Source of the DNA: a virus
Taxonomy: Duplodnaviria; Caudoviricetes
Length of the DNA: 64,000 bases
Direction: 5' to 3' (one strand)
IMG/VR virus record: IMGVR_UViG_3300046786_000226
Location: 10,822-74,821 of that record
Each line of letters begins with the position of its first letter. Position 1 is the stretch's first letter. The notes beneath the pieces are model-generated. The model made no database searches, was not told the origin of the DNA, and saw only the letters and a program-made list of their open reading frames with translations. This document shows, piece by piece, positions 27,449-36,551 of the stretch. Made by a program: the position numbers and the translations under genes.

Positions 27449-28356
27449 TTGTCTTCTGCGCTCTTAGATAACATTACTTTACCTTGTAATGTAGGATTGT
27501 TTTTAACCATAGCAAGTGCATAGTTATTGGCGCCACGTTTCCAATCAAAGGACTTTGCTACACCTTTTTGTTTGTATATTCTACCATCTATGCGAATATA
27601 CCATGGACCACGATCTTTGTCAATTTGTTGTTGACGTAAGTTACGTTCAAAGTTAGGATCATCTTCATGTCCTAATTCGTGTTGCATTTCTCGACGTTTA
27701 AAGTCACGCTTGCCTTGATCCATTTGATCTTGTTGATAGCTATCGTAGTTAGTAGCACTCATGGTGTCTGGATTACGACTGCCGTATCTACCAGCTTCCG
27801 ACACACCTTCATTTACTTTGACGCCATATTTTTGTAATAGTTGAGCAGTTTTTTGTGCCCACTGCTTGTTATTTTCAGCAGATGCACCAGACATGCCTCT
27901 AACAATGGTTATGTTTAAGTCTGCGTGTTCTTTAGCATATCGAGGATTCTGTTCAATCATTGCAAAATGTTGCTGTTGTACTTTGTTAATAAACGTTGTG
28001 TCATTTGCGCCGGCTTGAGCATTAGTGGCAGCACCAACCCCAGCGGCACCTAATGCCGCTGCCGCTCCAAATTTTAAAAATCCTCTGCGACTCATATCGG
28101 CTTCGTCTACGTCACTACCCATGCCATCTAGTGTTTGTTCAACTTGTCTAACCCAACCACTGACATCACTGCTACCAATTTCTTCTGTGTCGCCAACAAA
28201 GTCAGAAACATCATCAATTGCGGCCATGACTTTTTGTGGGCCATATTTTTGTAACAAGTCTGAACGTTGCATCATAATACGACGAGTGATAGCACCAGCT
28301 ACTGGACTATCGCTTTCAGTTAAACTGTGTTCTTGTGCAAATTCAAATAATCTCAT
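27445..28356 (-). CDS. putative modular virion internal protein with an embedded Tat-like signal
   Basis: MRLFEFAQE; internal VDE-ADMSRRGFLKFGAAAALGAAGVGAATNAQA. Confidence 0.7.
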   Translation of the reverse strand: MRLFEFAQEHSLTESDSPVAGAITRRIMMQRSDLLQKYGPQKVMAAIDDVSDFVGDTEEIGSSDVSGWVRQVEQTLDGMGSDVDEADMSRRGFLKFGAAAALGAAGVGAATNAQAGANDTTFINKVQQQHFAMIEQNPRYAKEHADLNITIVRGMSGASAENNKQWAQKTAQLLQKYGVKVNEGVSEAGRYGSRNPDTMSATNYDSYQQDQMDQGKRDFKRREMQHELGHEDDPNFERNLRQQQIDKDRGPWYIRIDGRIYKQKGVAKSFDWKRGANNYALAMVKNNPTLQGKVMLSKSAEDK

Positions 28357-29603
28357 AGTACAGACCTAATCTCTTCTCTAGATTTATAACCTTCAGCTAC
28401 ATAACGTAGTTGTTCGATAAACTCACGAACTGGACGTGGACGACCTTTTGGCATCATAGCACTTTCTGCACGTCTAGATGGACGACCTCTTGCGCTCTTA
28501 TATGCTTGTAATTGTACCGCTGATACTTTTTTGCCTGCTTTTTGTGACAATGTACCAGCACCAGAATTCCATGAACCTACTACAGCAAATTTATCGCCAC
28601 TTGGAATAACTGCTACTGCGTTTTCTGCGCTACCTACAATTTTGCGCTCTGGGTGTAATCTCTTAGACTTGTGATACCATAGTCTATAATCTGTAATCTT
28701 TTCGCCAGCATCAGTTGTTTGAATACTAGCACTAGGACGGCCTGCGGCTCTAGGAACAGCAGTGGCTTTAGCCGCTACTTTAGCTGCCTTGGCCGCTGCC
28801 TTGGCAGCAGGCTTTTTGTTGCCCCACTCATCGTAATCATCTTCGTCGCCGTCATCGCCTTGATATTCGCTGCCGTATTTGCCTTTGTGTACCATGCCAC
28901 CACTTGTTTTGGTTACTGTAGTACCCATGCCTGTTTTGCGTGACTTATCATTGAAACCATACCAGTCGTCATCATCTTCATCGTCATAACGCTCACTGAT
29001 TTTTTTCTTGCTTTCAGTAATAGATTCTGTAATATAATCATGCACGTCCTGATCAAAACGCATATGAATCCATTCATAAGGATCACCATCACGGCCTTTA
29101 GCTGTGCCATATGGCATTTCGCCATGTAGGAAATAGTAATCGTATAATGCGTGATATAACTCATCACTTAGTTCAGCACCTGCGGCAAAGTCTTTAACTT
29201 CCTTAGGGAAACGTTTTACAATGTGTGCCAATGTATCATTTTGTTCTGGAGCCGCTTCTGCCACTGGTACAGCTTCTTGAACGCCTGGCTGTCCAATACG
29301 TGTAGCCGCTGCTTGCGCCATTTCTGGACCACGATCTTTGTACAACATATTACGCATACTAGACATGATTTGATCAAATGCTCTTGGGTCAGATAACATT
29401 TGCATGAATTGTTCTTGACGACCATTTTGTAATGCTTTTTTATACAAGCCATATACAAATCTAGCTTCTGGGTGTTCTAATGTAACTGGTTCTCCGCCAA
29501 GTGTAATAATAGCTTCGGAGCCCGTAGTTGCCGCATTGGCAATAGATTTTAAATTGTTTGCTCCAGCAATTACTGGGCTTTCAAATAGTTCAAATAAATT
29601 CAT
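28353..29603 (-). CDS. putative modular virion internal protein with an AT-hook-like basic tail
   Basis: MNLFELFE; ITESITE; KPAAKAAAK, RGRP, KGRP. Confidence 0.7.
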   Translation of the reverse strand: MNLFELFESPVIAGANNLKSIANAATTGSEAIITLGGEPVTLEHPEARFVYGLYKKALQNGRQEQFMQMLSDPRAFDQIMSSMRNMLYKDRGPEMAQAAATRIGQPGVQEAVPVAEAAPEQNDTLAHIVKRFPKEVKDFAAGAELSDELYHALYDYYFLHGEMPYGTAKGRDGDPYEWIHMRFDQDVHDYITESITESKKKISERYDDEDDDDWYGFNDKSRKTGMGTTVTKTSGGMVHKGKYGSEYQGDDGDEDDYDEWGNKKPAAKAAAKAAKVAAKATAVPRAAGRPSASIQTTDAGEKITDYRLWYHKSKRLHPERKIVGSAENAVAVIPSGDKFAVVGSWNSGAGTLSQKAGKKVSAVQLQAYKSARGRPSRRAESAMMPKGRPRPVREFIEQLRYVAEGYKSREEIRSVL

Positions 29604-29606
29604 GAT

Positions 29607-30239
29607 TTAACCTTTATAATTGCTGAAGTCGAAAACTTTTCTTAGTCTGTCGTAGGCTTCAGTGCTTATTTCTTCTTTTACTTCTTCTTTATCGTTTGTA
29701 CCGTGGTCTGTTGTTTTTGTAAATTCTTTACCACCTACTGTAAACTTATCACCTTTTTTAACTTGACGCATAGCATCAACAAAAGCATTGCGTTCTGCAA
29801 TAGAAGCTGTACTTTCTTGTGGAACATCTTTCTTAGGATTGCCGGATTTGATAATATTAGCAATATTTTGAATTGTTTGGTCATCGCCATTTTTCAAAAT
29901 ACTTAAAAACGCATCAGCAAGAGTTAGTGTATCTTGTCTTGTTGGATTGCCAACTAGGCTACGTTGAATAGCAGTTCTTAAAACTCTAGGATCAACACCA
30001 ATCTCACCGCCAAGCTTGTTTATATTGTAGTGTGTGCCTTGACCTGGTGTTTCATTGCCGCCTGCCTGTTCGATGCCGCTTGGTGCTACGGCAGCTTCGC
30101 GTATTTTTTTCATTTCTTCTTGTAAACGAGCAATCATTGAATTGCGTTCAGAAAGTTGTTGTTCGTTTAACTCACTGGCATTTACGTTACTTAAACGAGT
30201 TGCTAGTTCATACATTTTGCGGGCTTTTGCTTTATCCAT
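29607..30239 (-). CDS. hypothetical protein in the internal-protein array
   Basis: Start moved to MDKAKARK; internal LNE/LSE/IRE/VKE sites. Confidence 0.65.
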   Translation of the reverse strand: MDKAKARKMYELATRLSNVNASELNEQQLSERNSMIARLQEEMKKIREAAVAPSGIEQAGGNETPGQGTHYNINKLGGEIGVDPRVLRTAIQRSLVGNPTRQDTLTLADAFLSILKNGDDQTIQNIANIIKSGNPKKDVPQESTASIAERNAFVDAMRQVKKGDKFTVGGKEFTKTTDHGTNDKEEVKEEISTEAYDRLRKVFDFSNYKG

Positions 30240-30456
30240 TATTAATCCTTTTTTCGATCCATTTAGCTTCCAATGCACTTGCCAATTCTTCGGCTATATT
30301 TGCATATGGTATTCTGCGTAATATTTCAGCACCTGATTCCTTACGCATACTTCTTGTTTTTCTCTTGCGGTGCATTCGCATAAATGGCATAGAAACAGTA
30401 GAAATACTACCTGAGCCCATACCATCTGTGTCTTCTGTTAGTTCTTGGATCTTCAT
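30232..30456 (-). CDS. putative virion internal protein (MKIQELTE)
   Basis: 74 aa; TAAATA 5 nt upstream. Confidence 0.6.
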   Translation of the reverse strand: MKIQELTEDTDGMGSGSISTVSMPFMRMHRKRKTRSMRKESGAEILRRIPYANIAEELASALEAKWIEKRINNG

Positions 30457-30461
30457 AAGTT

Positions 30462-30467
30462 TATTTA
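30462..30467 (-). promoter_or_regulatory. T4-late-like TAAATA element
   Basis: ATAAATA-AACTT-ATG. Confidence 0.55.
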
Positions 30468-30499
30468 TCGAATTTGTTTCGATTTATTTTAAATTTAAG

Positions 30500-31606
30500 T
30501 TACAGTAATTCCCAGCCGATAAACTGTGGATTCTTTAAGCTTTGTACACGTACTGTAGGATTTGATTCAAACATGCCATTGGCATAGCGTACATAGATAT
30601 CTAGTTCAGCATTATCTTCGCTGTCAGGACGACCAATAACAGCAATAAATCGTTGACTAGTGCCGTCAGGTTGGGCATACTTTAAACCTTTTAACTTAAG
30701 ATCCGCTACTTCATCTTGTGCTGGAACATAGTAAAATCCTTTGGCACTTAGGTAATAGTAAGGCTTGTCGCCAAAGCGTAGAATACTGCTTAACTTGCCA
30801 GCTTTGTTTAATGTTTGTTCGATGGTAACTTCAAATACTTTGGCAATTTTAGAATACATTGGCGTAGCATAAGCTTTTTTAGTGGCCCAGTTAGCTTGGA
30901 ACCAATCGCCGAATACACGCTGCCATTGTGAGTTTTTAGTGATAGCACCCATTATATCTTGGCCAGTCATTGAAATATTCTTGTCGCCTTTTAAATTGAT
31001 AATATACTTTTTAGTTTTACTATCGTAGGTAATGCCATAACGATCGATAGGAATCAAAGGTACATCTGGAGTACTTTGTGCGGCGTTAAGTACATCAGTG
31101 AATACCTTTTCTTTCATGTCTTGATATTCTGTGCCAGCATGCATGGCAAACACGTCAACACCGCGATCTGTTAGAATACCCAGAGCTGCTGGAGTTAAGT
31201 TAGCCAATGTAATACCGCCTTCTGCTTTGACACTAATACCGGCTGTGGCACCGCTTTCAAATTCAATGTCAGTAACACCTGCGGCAATGTTTTGTCCACC
31301 TGCCCATCCTAGTTTAGTGGGAGCAGGCCCTTGTTTGGCTACAACCTTTTCACGTACCATAGAACCTTTTCCAGCCCAAGCATCGAAAGTAGCTTGATCA
31401 AAGTTAGGTACTAACAAGCTTTTAATGTCCTTGTATGTTTGTTCGGGATTTATTAAGATTCCTGCAGGAATAGATTTTTCAGGATTCCTAGGGTCAAATT
31501 TACCGTGACCTACTAGGCCATAAAGCAAGCCCACTTCGCTATTGTAGCGAATACCACCGCTTTTGCCGCCTTCGGTTATGGCTTGTTTAAGTTCTAATAA
31601 TTTCAT
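30500..31606 (-). CDS. putative virion internal protein, possible PD-(D/E)xK nuclease fold
   Basis: MKLLELKQAITE; TDIEF...GISVK resembles a D...(I/S)xK nuclease core. Confidence 0.5.
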   Translation of the reverse strand: MKLLELKQAITEGGKSGGIRYNSEVGLLYGLVGHGKFDPRNPEKSIPAGILINPEQTYKDIKSLLVPNFDQATFDAWAGKGSMVREKVVAKQGPAPTKLGWAGGQNIAAGVTDIEFESGATAGISVKAEGGITLANLTPAALGILTDRGVDVFAMHAGTEYQDMKEKVFTDVLNAAQSTPDVPLIPIDRYGITYDSKTKKYIINLKGDKNISMTGQDIMGAITKNSQWQRVFGDWFQANWATKKAYATPMYSKIAKVFEVTIEQTLNKAGKLSSILRFGDKPYYYLSAKGFYYVPAQDEVADLKLKGLKYAQPDGTSQRFIAVIGRPDSEDNAELDIYVRYANGMFESNPTVRVQSLKNPQFIGWELL

Positions 31607-31613
31607 AATATTA

Positions 31614-31619
31614 TATTTA
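31614..31619 (-). promoter_or_regulatory. T4-late-like TAAATA element
   Basis: ATAAATA-TAATATT-ATG. Confidence 0.55.
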
Positions 31620-31625
31620 TTTCAA

Positions 31626-32246
31626 TTAAATCTTGTCTAACAAATCTCTGTTAGATCTTAAGTATGCTTTGGCATTGTTTAAATCATCGAAGGCTTTGAT
31701 TGTAACACCGTTGCCATCAATGACATGATAACGAACTTCAGTTGAATCGTCGACACGTTTACGAGTCAAACGTTTAATGTATGCTCTACCATCGTCGATG
31801 CTTTCTTTTACGCCTGAACCTGTGTCTACATTATATGATCCACTAGATCTTGAAATCTGATGTTTAGCTTCCCATACTTCGTTCAATAGCAAATCAACTA
31901 ATTTACTACCCAAATCTTCTTCTGCCCACTCTATCATACTTTCTCTAAATTCTGTATCGTAGCTTAAGACAGCATCTGCGAGATCAAACCAATTTGGAGA
32001 ACCGTTACTGTTTAGTTTATTATAGGCTTCTCTAACGTCTGAAAGATCTTGTCCCCAACTTATTTCTTCTGGATTTTCTTCATCGTAGTCATTATCCTGA
32101 GCAGTTCCTAATGATATTATTATTTCAGATAAAAACTTCTTTACTGCTGATACTGTGTTAGTAGGAGCAGGCCTGAAAAATTTCGCATAAGTTTGTTTCA
32201 TCAAATCGCTGTGATAATTTTCGCTTATTATTTCGTTGAATCTCAT
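31626..32246 (-). CDS. putative virion internal protein (MRFNEIISE)
   Basis: Targeting-like N-terminus; internal LNE, VKE. Confidence 0.65.
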   Translation of the reverse strand: MRFNEIISENYHSDLMKQTYAKFFRPAPTNTVSAVKKFLSEIIISLGTAQDNDYDEENPEEISWGQDLSDVREAYNKLNSNGSPNWFDLADAVLSYDTEFRESMIEWAEEDLGSKLVDLLLNEVWEAKHQISRSSGSYNVDTGSGVKESIDDGRAYIKRLTRKRVDDSTEVRYHVIDGNGVTIKAFDDLNNAKAYLRSNRDLLDKI

Positions 32247-32247
32247 T

Positions 32248-32697
32248 TTATTTTCCTATCCTGCTTAGTTCATATATTACTTTGTTGCCTGTATCAGCAC
32301 GAAAGGCTCTAAAGCCCCAAGCTCTAGCATAACGCTGAACTAAGCTGTCATATAGTCTGGCTCTACTCTGTGCGTTCTGTCCTTGTTCAACTTCTTTGCT
32401 AGCTGAAAAGATTACTTTATTAGGCTTGTATTTCTTAATAAACTTTTGAATAGCACTTAATACTGTAGCAAATACTCGTTGAGCATCACCTTCACCTGTT
32501 ACTTCTTGGCTGTTGTTTCTAAAGAATTCAACGTTCCATGCTTCTTCTTTATCTTGGTTATAACCTTTATTGAACATAATGCTTAGATAGTTACCATCAT
32601 CTAATTTAGCGTATGCGTCAATATCACCATAGTCTCCTTGTTCCCAACGAAGTTGGTAGGGTTGATCAAATGCTTCTTTTAATTCCAGTAATCGCAT
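32248..32697 (-). CDS. putative virion internal protein (MRLLELKE)
   Basis: Targeting-like N-terminus; GEGDAQRVFATV...SRARLY domain of unknown function. Confidence 0.65.
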   Translation of the reverse strand: MRLLELKEAFDQPYQLRWEQGDYGDIDAYAKLDDGNYLSIMFNKGYNQDKEEAWNVEFFRNNSQEVTGEGDAQRVFATVLSAIQKFIKKYKPNKVIFSASKEVEQGQNAQSRARLYDSLVQRYARAWGFRAFRADTGNKVIYELSRIGK

Positions 32698-32698
32698 A

Positions 32699-35053
32699 TT
32701 ATTCTTGACTCATTACAGGAACCATTACAGGCACCATTCTAAGGCCTTCTGTATGCTCGTGTCCATTATTTCTTATCCACGGAACGGCTGCTCTATAAGC
32801 ATCTTCTGCATTATTACCAACGCCACTGAGGCGATATAATTCTCTGCCAGTTCCGTCTACTAATTTCCATATACCTGTAAATCTGCCACCTTCGTGCCGA
32901 CCAAATGTTGGCAGTGGCTCGTTTTCTCCCACTGGCTCGACTTGATAGTTACCGTCAAAGTTATTTTCTCTTGCCCATAAGGCAGCAAACTCATTGGCAA
33001 ATGCTCGTGTATTGTTAGCGGCAAAGAATACATATAATGGTCTACCAAGCCCGTCTATTATTTTCCATCGGTGAGTTGGACTTGTTTGAGCACGGCCTTG
33101 TTGAGCGTCATTGCGTTGGCGCTGTAAATCTAATGTACTTCCTGGAATAGGTGCTGACAATACCGAGCGAACATCATAATCAGTTGGGTCTCCGGGTAAA
33201 CCTAAGTCGGCTAAATGTCCGGCAATTTTGTTGGCAGCATCATCTGGACTATTTGCTCTAAATACAATAGGGCGACCTGAATTTCCTATCACTGTTCTGC
33301 CGTCGGCTTTGCGATACAATTCATATTCTGACGATTGTCCTACACTGCCGGCTGGTTGTGGTTCACCTACTGTTGCTTTAACAGGACTTTCATCATATGG
33401 CTTAATTGGCTTTGCTGTCATGTTTGTAGCGTTTGCCCAATCTGGGTATTCTGATTTGCCTTTTTGTATAGCTTCTTCTTTGCTAGTAGCAACGACTTGA
33501 ACACTAGCACCGAATCCTGGACGACCCACACTCCACCAATATTTTTGTCCACTTGTTGGATCTTTTTGTACTTTACGTTCTAACTGCGCTTGACGAACAA
33601 AACTCTTTAACGCACTCTGTGGTAATTCGCCGGCAGCATATCTAGCAAAATAAGCTAATGTGTCAGTGCCTGTGCTTTCATTGCCTGTTAATAATTTATA
33701 AAGTTTCTTTGCGTATTCTTGTTTGTATTTTGTTTCGTCTACTGCGGCATCCATAGCAACAACAAAACGATATAGTGTATTTTCAATCTTGTCAAAGTTA
33801 TCGTTTAACCAATCGCCACCTGGACTACGGAATTCGATGTAGCCTGTTTTAGTATTAATACTTGTATACTTTGATGTACTACCACTGTGAATTATTTTAG
33901 ATGCACTGGTGTTTAAGTGTTCGCGCATTTTGTCTAACAATGCTTTTGTATCATCTGGTCGTTGTACGATATGATTTTTAACCATCTTAAGGGCACTCTT
34001 ACAGTAAGTATTGCCTTGACGACCAAACTCCTGTAATACGTATTCGTCGCCCATTAGAATAGCAAGCTTGACAAAGTCTAAATTAGCAATGTTGCCATCC
34101 CAATTAGGAACACTGACGTTAATGTGTAAACCTGTACTGTCATTTGTATAGCAACCAGTTTTGTCTGCCCACGCTTTAACTTTCTTTAAGTCTTCGATTA
34201 ATTCATTAACAGGCATAGGAGGGCTAACAAATTCCAATCCACCGTCTGCATCGTCATCTGGCTCTAAACTACCATCGGGTTCTACAACATAGTGTCCTGG
34301 CTCTCGACGTGCGCCATGATAGTTATTGCTGGAGTTGATTGGCTTACCAATAGCACGACTGAAACTATCTGCGGCATCATCTATACTAACTTCTCCAGTT
34401 TCTCTTTCTGGAGTAAAGTAATGTGGCCAAACAATGTGGTAATTACTTTCCACATCCTGCATAGTATTAATATCAGCACTTTCAAGCCATTCGCTTTCTA
34501 AATCAGCACTACCATAAAAATTATCACGGAAATCTTCTTCAGCTTCTTCATACCAAGGATTGATTTGATCTTCTGAGACTTTGGCGGCAGCGTTTCTATA
34601 ATCTTCTTTTGTAGGATCCGGATAGTTGCCGTTTTCATCTTCTTCTACACCTAATATACCAAATACATCACTAGGAGCGGCATTATAGCGTAGCCAATCA
34701 TATATGACTTCATCTTTATCTGTTTCCCAACGATCCGCTAAATGTTGGTCCAACCATTCATGATAATCTTCAGTCATTTTATCGCGAAGTTGTTCACAGT
34801 CTCTACGACTGTTAAAATCACCATCATAGAAGAAATCAAAGGCATCTTGAATACTGTTTACGCTTTCATCCGCATCGTAGTCTGTTTCTCGATAGTCATC
34901 ATCATAATCATCATCGCCTTGGCTTGCACCTGGAACAATCATTTCAAATTCCATACCAGCTTGTGCGTTAATGTTAGCAACAAGACTGCGTAGGCCAGCA
35001 GGGCTCATATTAATTTCATTGATGATTTGTTCGAATATTTCTTTGTATTTCAT
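32699..35053 (-). CDS. putative amidoligase (COOH-NH2 ligase type 2) with a targeting-like N-terminus
   Basis: GMEFE, EPDGSL, GLEFVSP, TGLHINV, KYTSIN, YIEFRSPG motifs; MKYKEIFE start. Confidence 0.8.
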   Translation of the reverse strand: MKYKEIFEQIINEINMSPAGLRSLVANINAQAGMEFEMIVPGASQGDDDYDDDYRETDYDADESVNSIQDAFDFFYDGDFNSRRDCEQLRDKMTEDYHEWLDQHLADRWETDKDEVIYDWLRYNAAPSDVFGILGVEEDENGNYPDPTKEDYRNAAAKVSEDQINPWYEEAEEDFRDNFYGSADLESEWLESADINTMQDVESNYHIVWPHYFTPERETGEVSIDDAADSFSRAIGKPINSSNNYHGARREPGHYVVEPDGSLEPDDDADGGLEFVSPPMPVNELIEDLKKVKAWADKTGCYTNDSTGLHINVSVPNWDGNIANLDFVKLAILMGDEYVLQEFGRQGNTYCKSALKMVKNHIVQRPDDTKALLDKMREHLNTSASKIIHSGSTSKYTSINTKTGYIEFRSPGGDWLNDNFDKIENTLYRFVVAMDAAVDETKYKQEYAKKLYKLLTGNESTGTDTLAYFARYAAGELPQSALKSFVRQAQLERKVQKDPTSGQKYWWSVGRPGFGASVQVVATSKEEAIQKGKSEYPDWANATNMTAKPIKPYDESPVKATVGEPQPAGSVGQSSEYELYRKADGRTVIGNSGRPIVFRANSPDDAANKIAGHLADLGLPGDPTDYDVRSVLSAPIPGSTLDLQRQRNDAQQGRAQTSPTHRWKIIDGLGRPLYVFFAANNTRAFANEFAALWARENNFDGNYQVEPVGENEPLPTFGRHEGGRFTGIWKLVDGTGRELYRLSGVGNNAEDAYRAAVPWIRNNGHEHTEGLRMVPVMVPVMSQE

Positions 35054-35055
35054 AG

Positions 35056-35313
35056 TTAGCCTACAACTTTCGCAGTAATTTTATATTTATTGTAATAATG
35101 ATTGATATCAAAAATAGCAGATTTGTAATCATCGACAAGCCAATGATATACATAAAACTTTAACAAGCTTTTAGAATCCTCGCTGAACTTTGTAGCCGTT
35201 ACTCTTGCTAATGCCAATGACGGATAGCGACTTTTTAATTTAGAAATAATATACTCGTCGTATGTGTCTACTTCGACATCAAGTGTAGTATATGTTTGAT
35301 CAACACGCTTCAT
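35056..35313 (-). CDS. hypothetical protein
   Basis: 85 aa, coupled. Confidence 0.6.
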   Translation of the reverse strand: MKRVDQTYTTLDVEVDTYDEYIISKLKSRYPSLALARVTATKFSEDSKSLLKFYVYHWLVDDYKSAIFDINHYYNKYKITAKVVG

Positions 35314-36551
35314 TTTTTATGTTTAAAATAATTAATACGACGCTCTTGCTTCTCTACCCAATCCTTGCTGGGTTTGCCATCGCCTTTAAAATATACCAAA
35401 GGACGACCTTCTCGTTTACTTACTATGGCCCAACGCTTGTGTATCTTACGAAGGTATTCCAATAAGTTGGCAGCTTCTTCTTCTAGATTGTATTCTTCGC
35501 TGTCTGTAATTTGTTTTAAGTTGTGCTTTTTCAACCATTGCTGATATTCATATGGTGTTCTGAATTCTTTTCTTTTATTAGCAACTGCTTTAGGATCATA
35601 ATAAAGACGTTGTTTAGTAATCTCTAATGGGTCATGTGCTTTTTCATCACCAGCAAAGAAGTCACGCATAGTAGATAAACTTGTAGCTTCTTCTAAGTCA
35701 GCAACCGCAAAGCCAATATAACTATCGCCATTCTCGTCGCCTGATTGTACAACAAAGGCACCGCCTTCTTCTGATTCTAATTCGCCAATTTCCCAACCCA
35801 TACGTGCTAGTACTTGCTCTACTTGTTGCTGTGTGCCCAAGTCTCCATTGTACCACATACGAGCATATTTGTGTAATGTTTCTTCTTCTCCGCCATCGCC
35901 TGCGTCTGGAGCAAATTCATTTAAGCTTTCGGATACTGCTAGTCGTTTGTCAAATATTTGTTTAATCTTTTTTAACTGTCTACTCTGCGGATATAAGTCT
36001 TGTAGAATACTTAATTTAGTTTGATCATCTGCACCGCTGTATAGTTCTCTAACTTGACTGCCGCTGTAAACAGGATTACCGGCAATACTAAAGTCGTGCT
36101 TTTTAGTCACAAAAATATAGGCATGCTTGCTAAAAGGTTCTGCACCTTGTATACCTTGCCATGGTTGATAGTAACTCACATCCGTTGTTTTCATTGGATC
36201 ACGTTCACTGCGAACAATTACCAATACGTCGCGTTCTGGATTGAATTTTTGTAATACTTCTAAAGGATTTAACGGAGTGCTGGTTACTTTGCGACCATTG
36301 TCATTGACATAGCTCATTGTACCTACTTGTATAAATGGATCGACTACGCCTGCTTGCTGTGCTAAAAATTGTTTTTCTTTAAATTCAAATGGACGCTCTG
36401 TGGTTACGTTACTGGCAGCAACAAAGAAATGTGCGCCAGGAAAAGCTGTCTTAGCTTCTCTATAACTGCTGGCATGTCCTTCATGAAAGGGTTGAAAGCC
36501 GCCTCCATAGACAACTATAATGTTTGGTTGTTTAACTTCTAATAATCTCAT
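35310..36551 (-). CDS. HxGH-class nucleotidyltransferase with a targeting-like N-terminus and C-terminal modules
   Basis: YGGGFQPFHEGH, YSGSQVRE; MRLLEVKQ; LNE/LEE separators. Confidence 0.75.
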   Translation of the reverse strand: MRLLEVKQPNIIVVYGGGFQPFHEGHASSYREAKTAFPGAHFFVAASNVTTERPFEFKEKQFLAQQAGVVDPFIQVGTMSYVNDNGRKVTSTPLNPLEVLQKFNPERDVLVIVRSERDPMKTTDVSYYQPWQGIQGAEPFSKHAYIFVTKKHDFSIAGNPVYSGSQVRELYSGADDQTKLSILQDLYPQSRQLKKIKQIFDKRLAVSESLNEFAPDAGDGGEEETLHKYARMWYNGDLGTQQQVEQVLARMGWEIGELESEEGGAFVVQSGDENGDSYIGFAVADLEEATSLSTMRDFFAGDEKAHDPLEITKQRLYYDPKAVANKRKEFRTPYEYQQWLKKHNLKQITDSEEYNLEEEAANLLEYLRKIHKRWAIVSKREGRPLVYFKGDGKPSKDWVEKQERRINYFKHKK

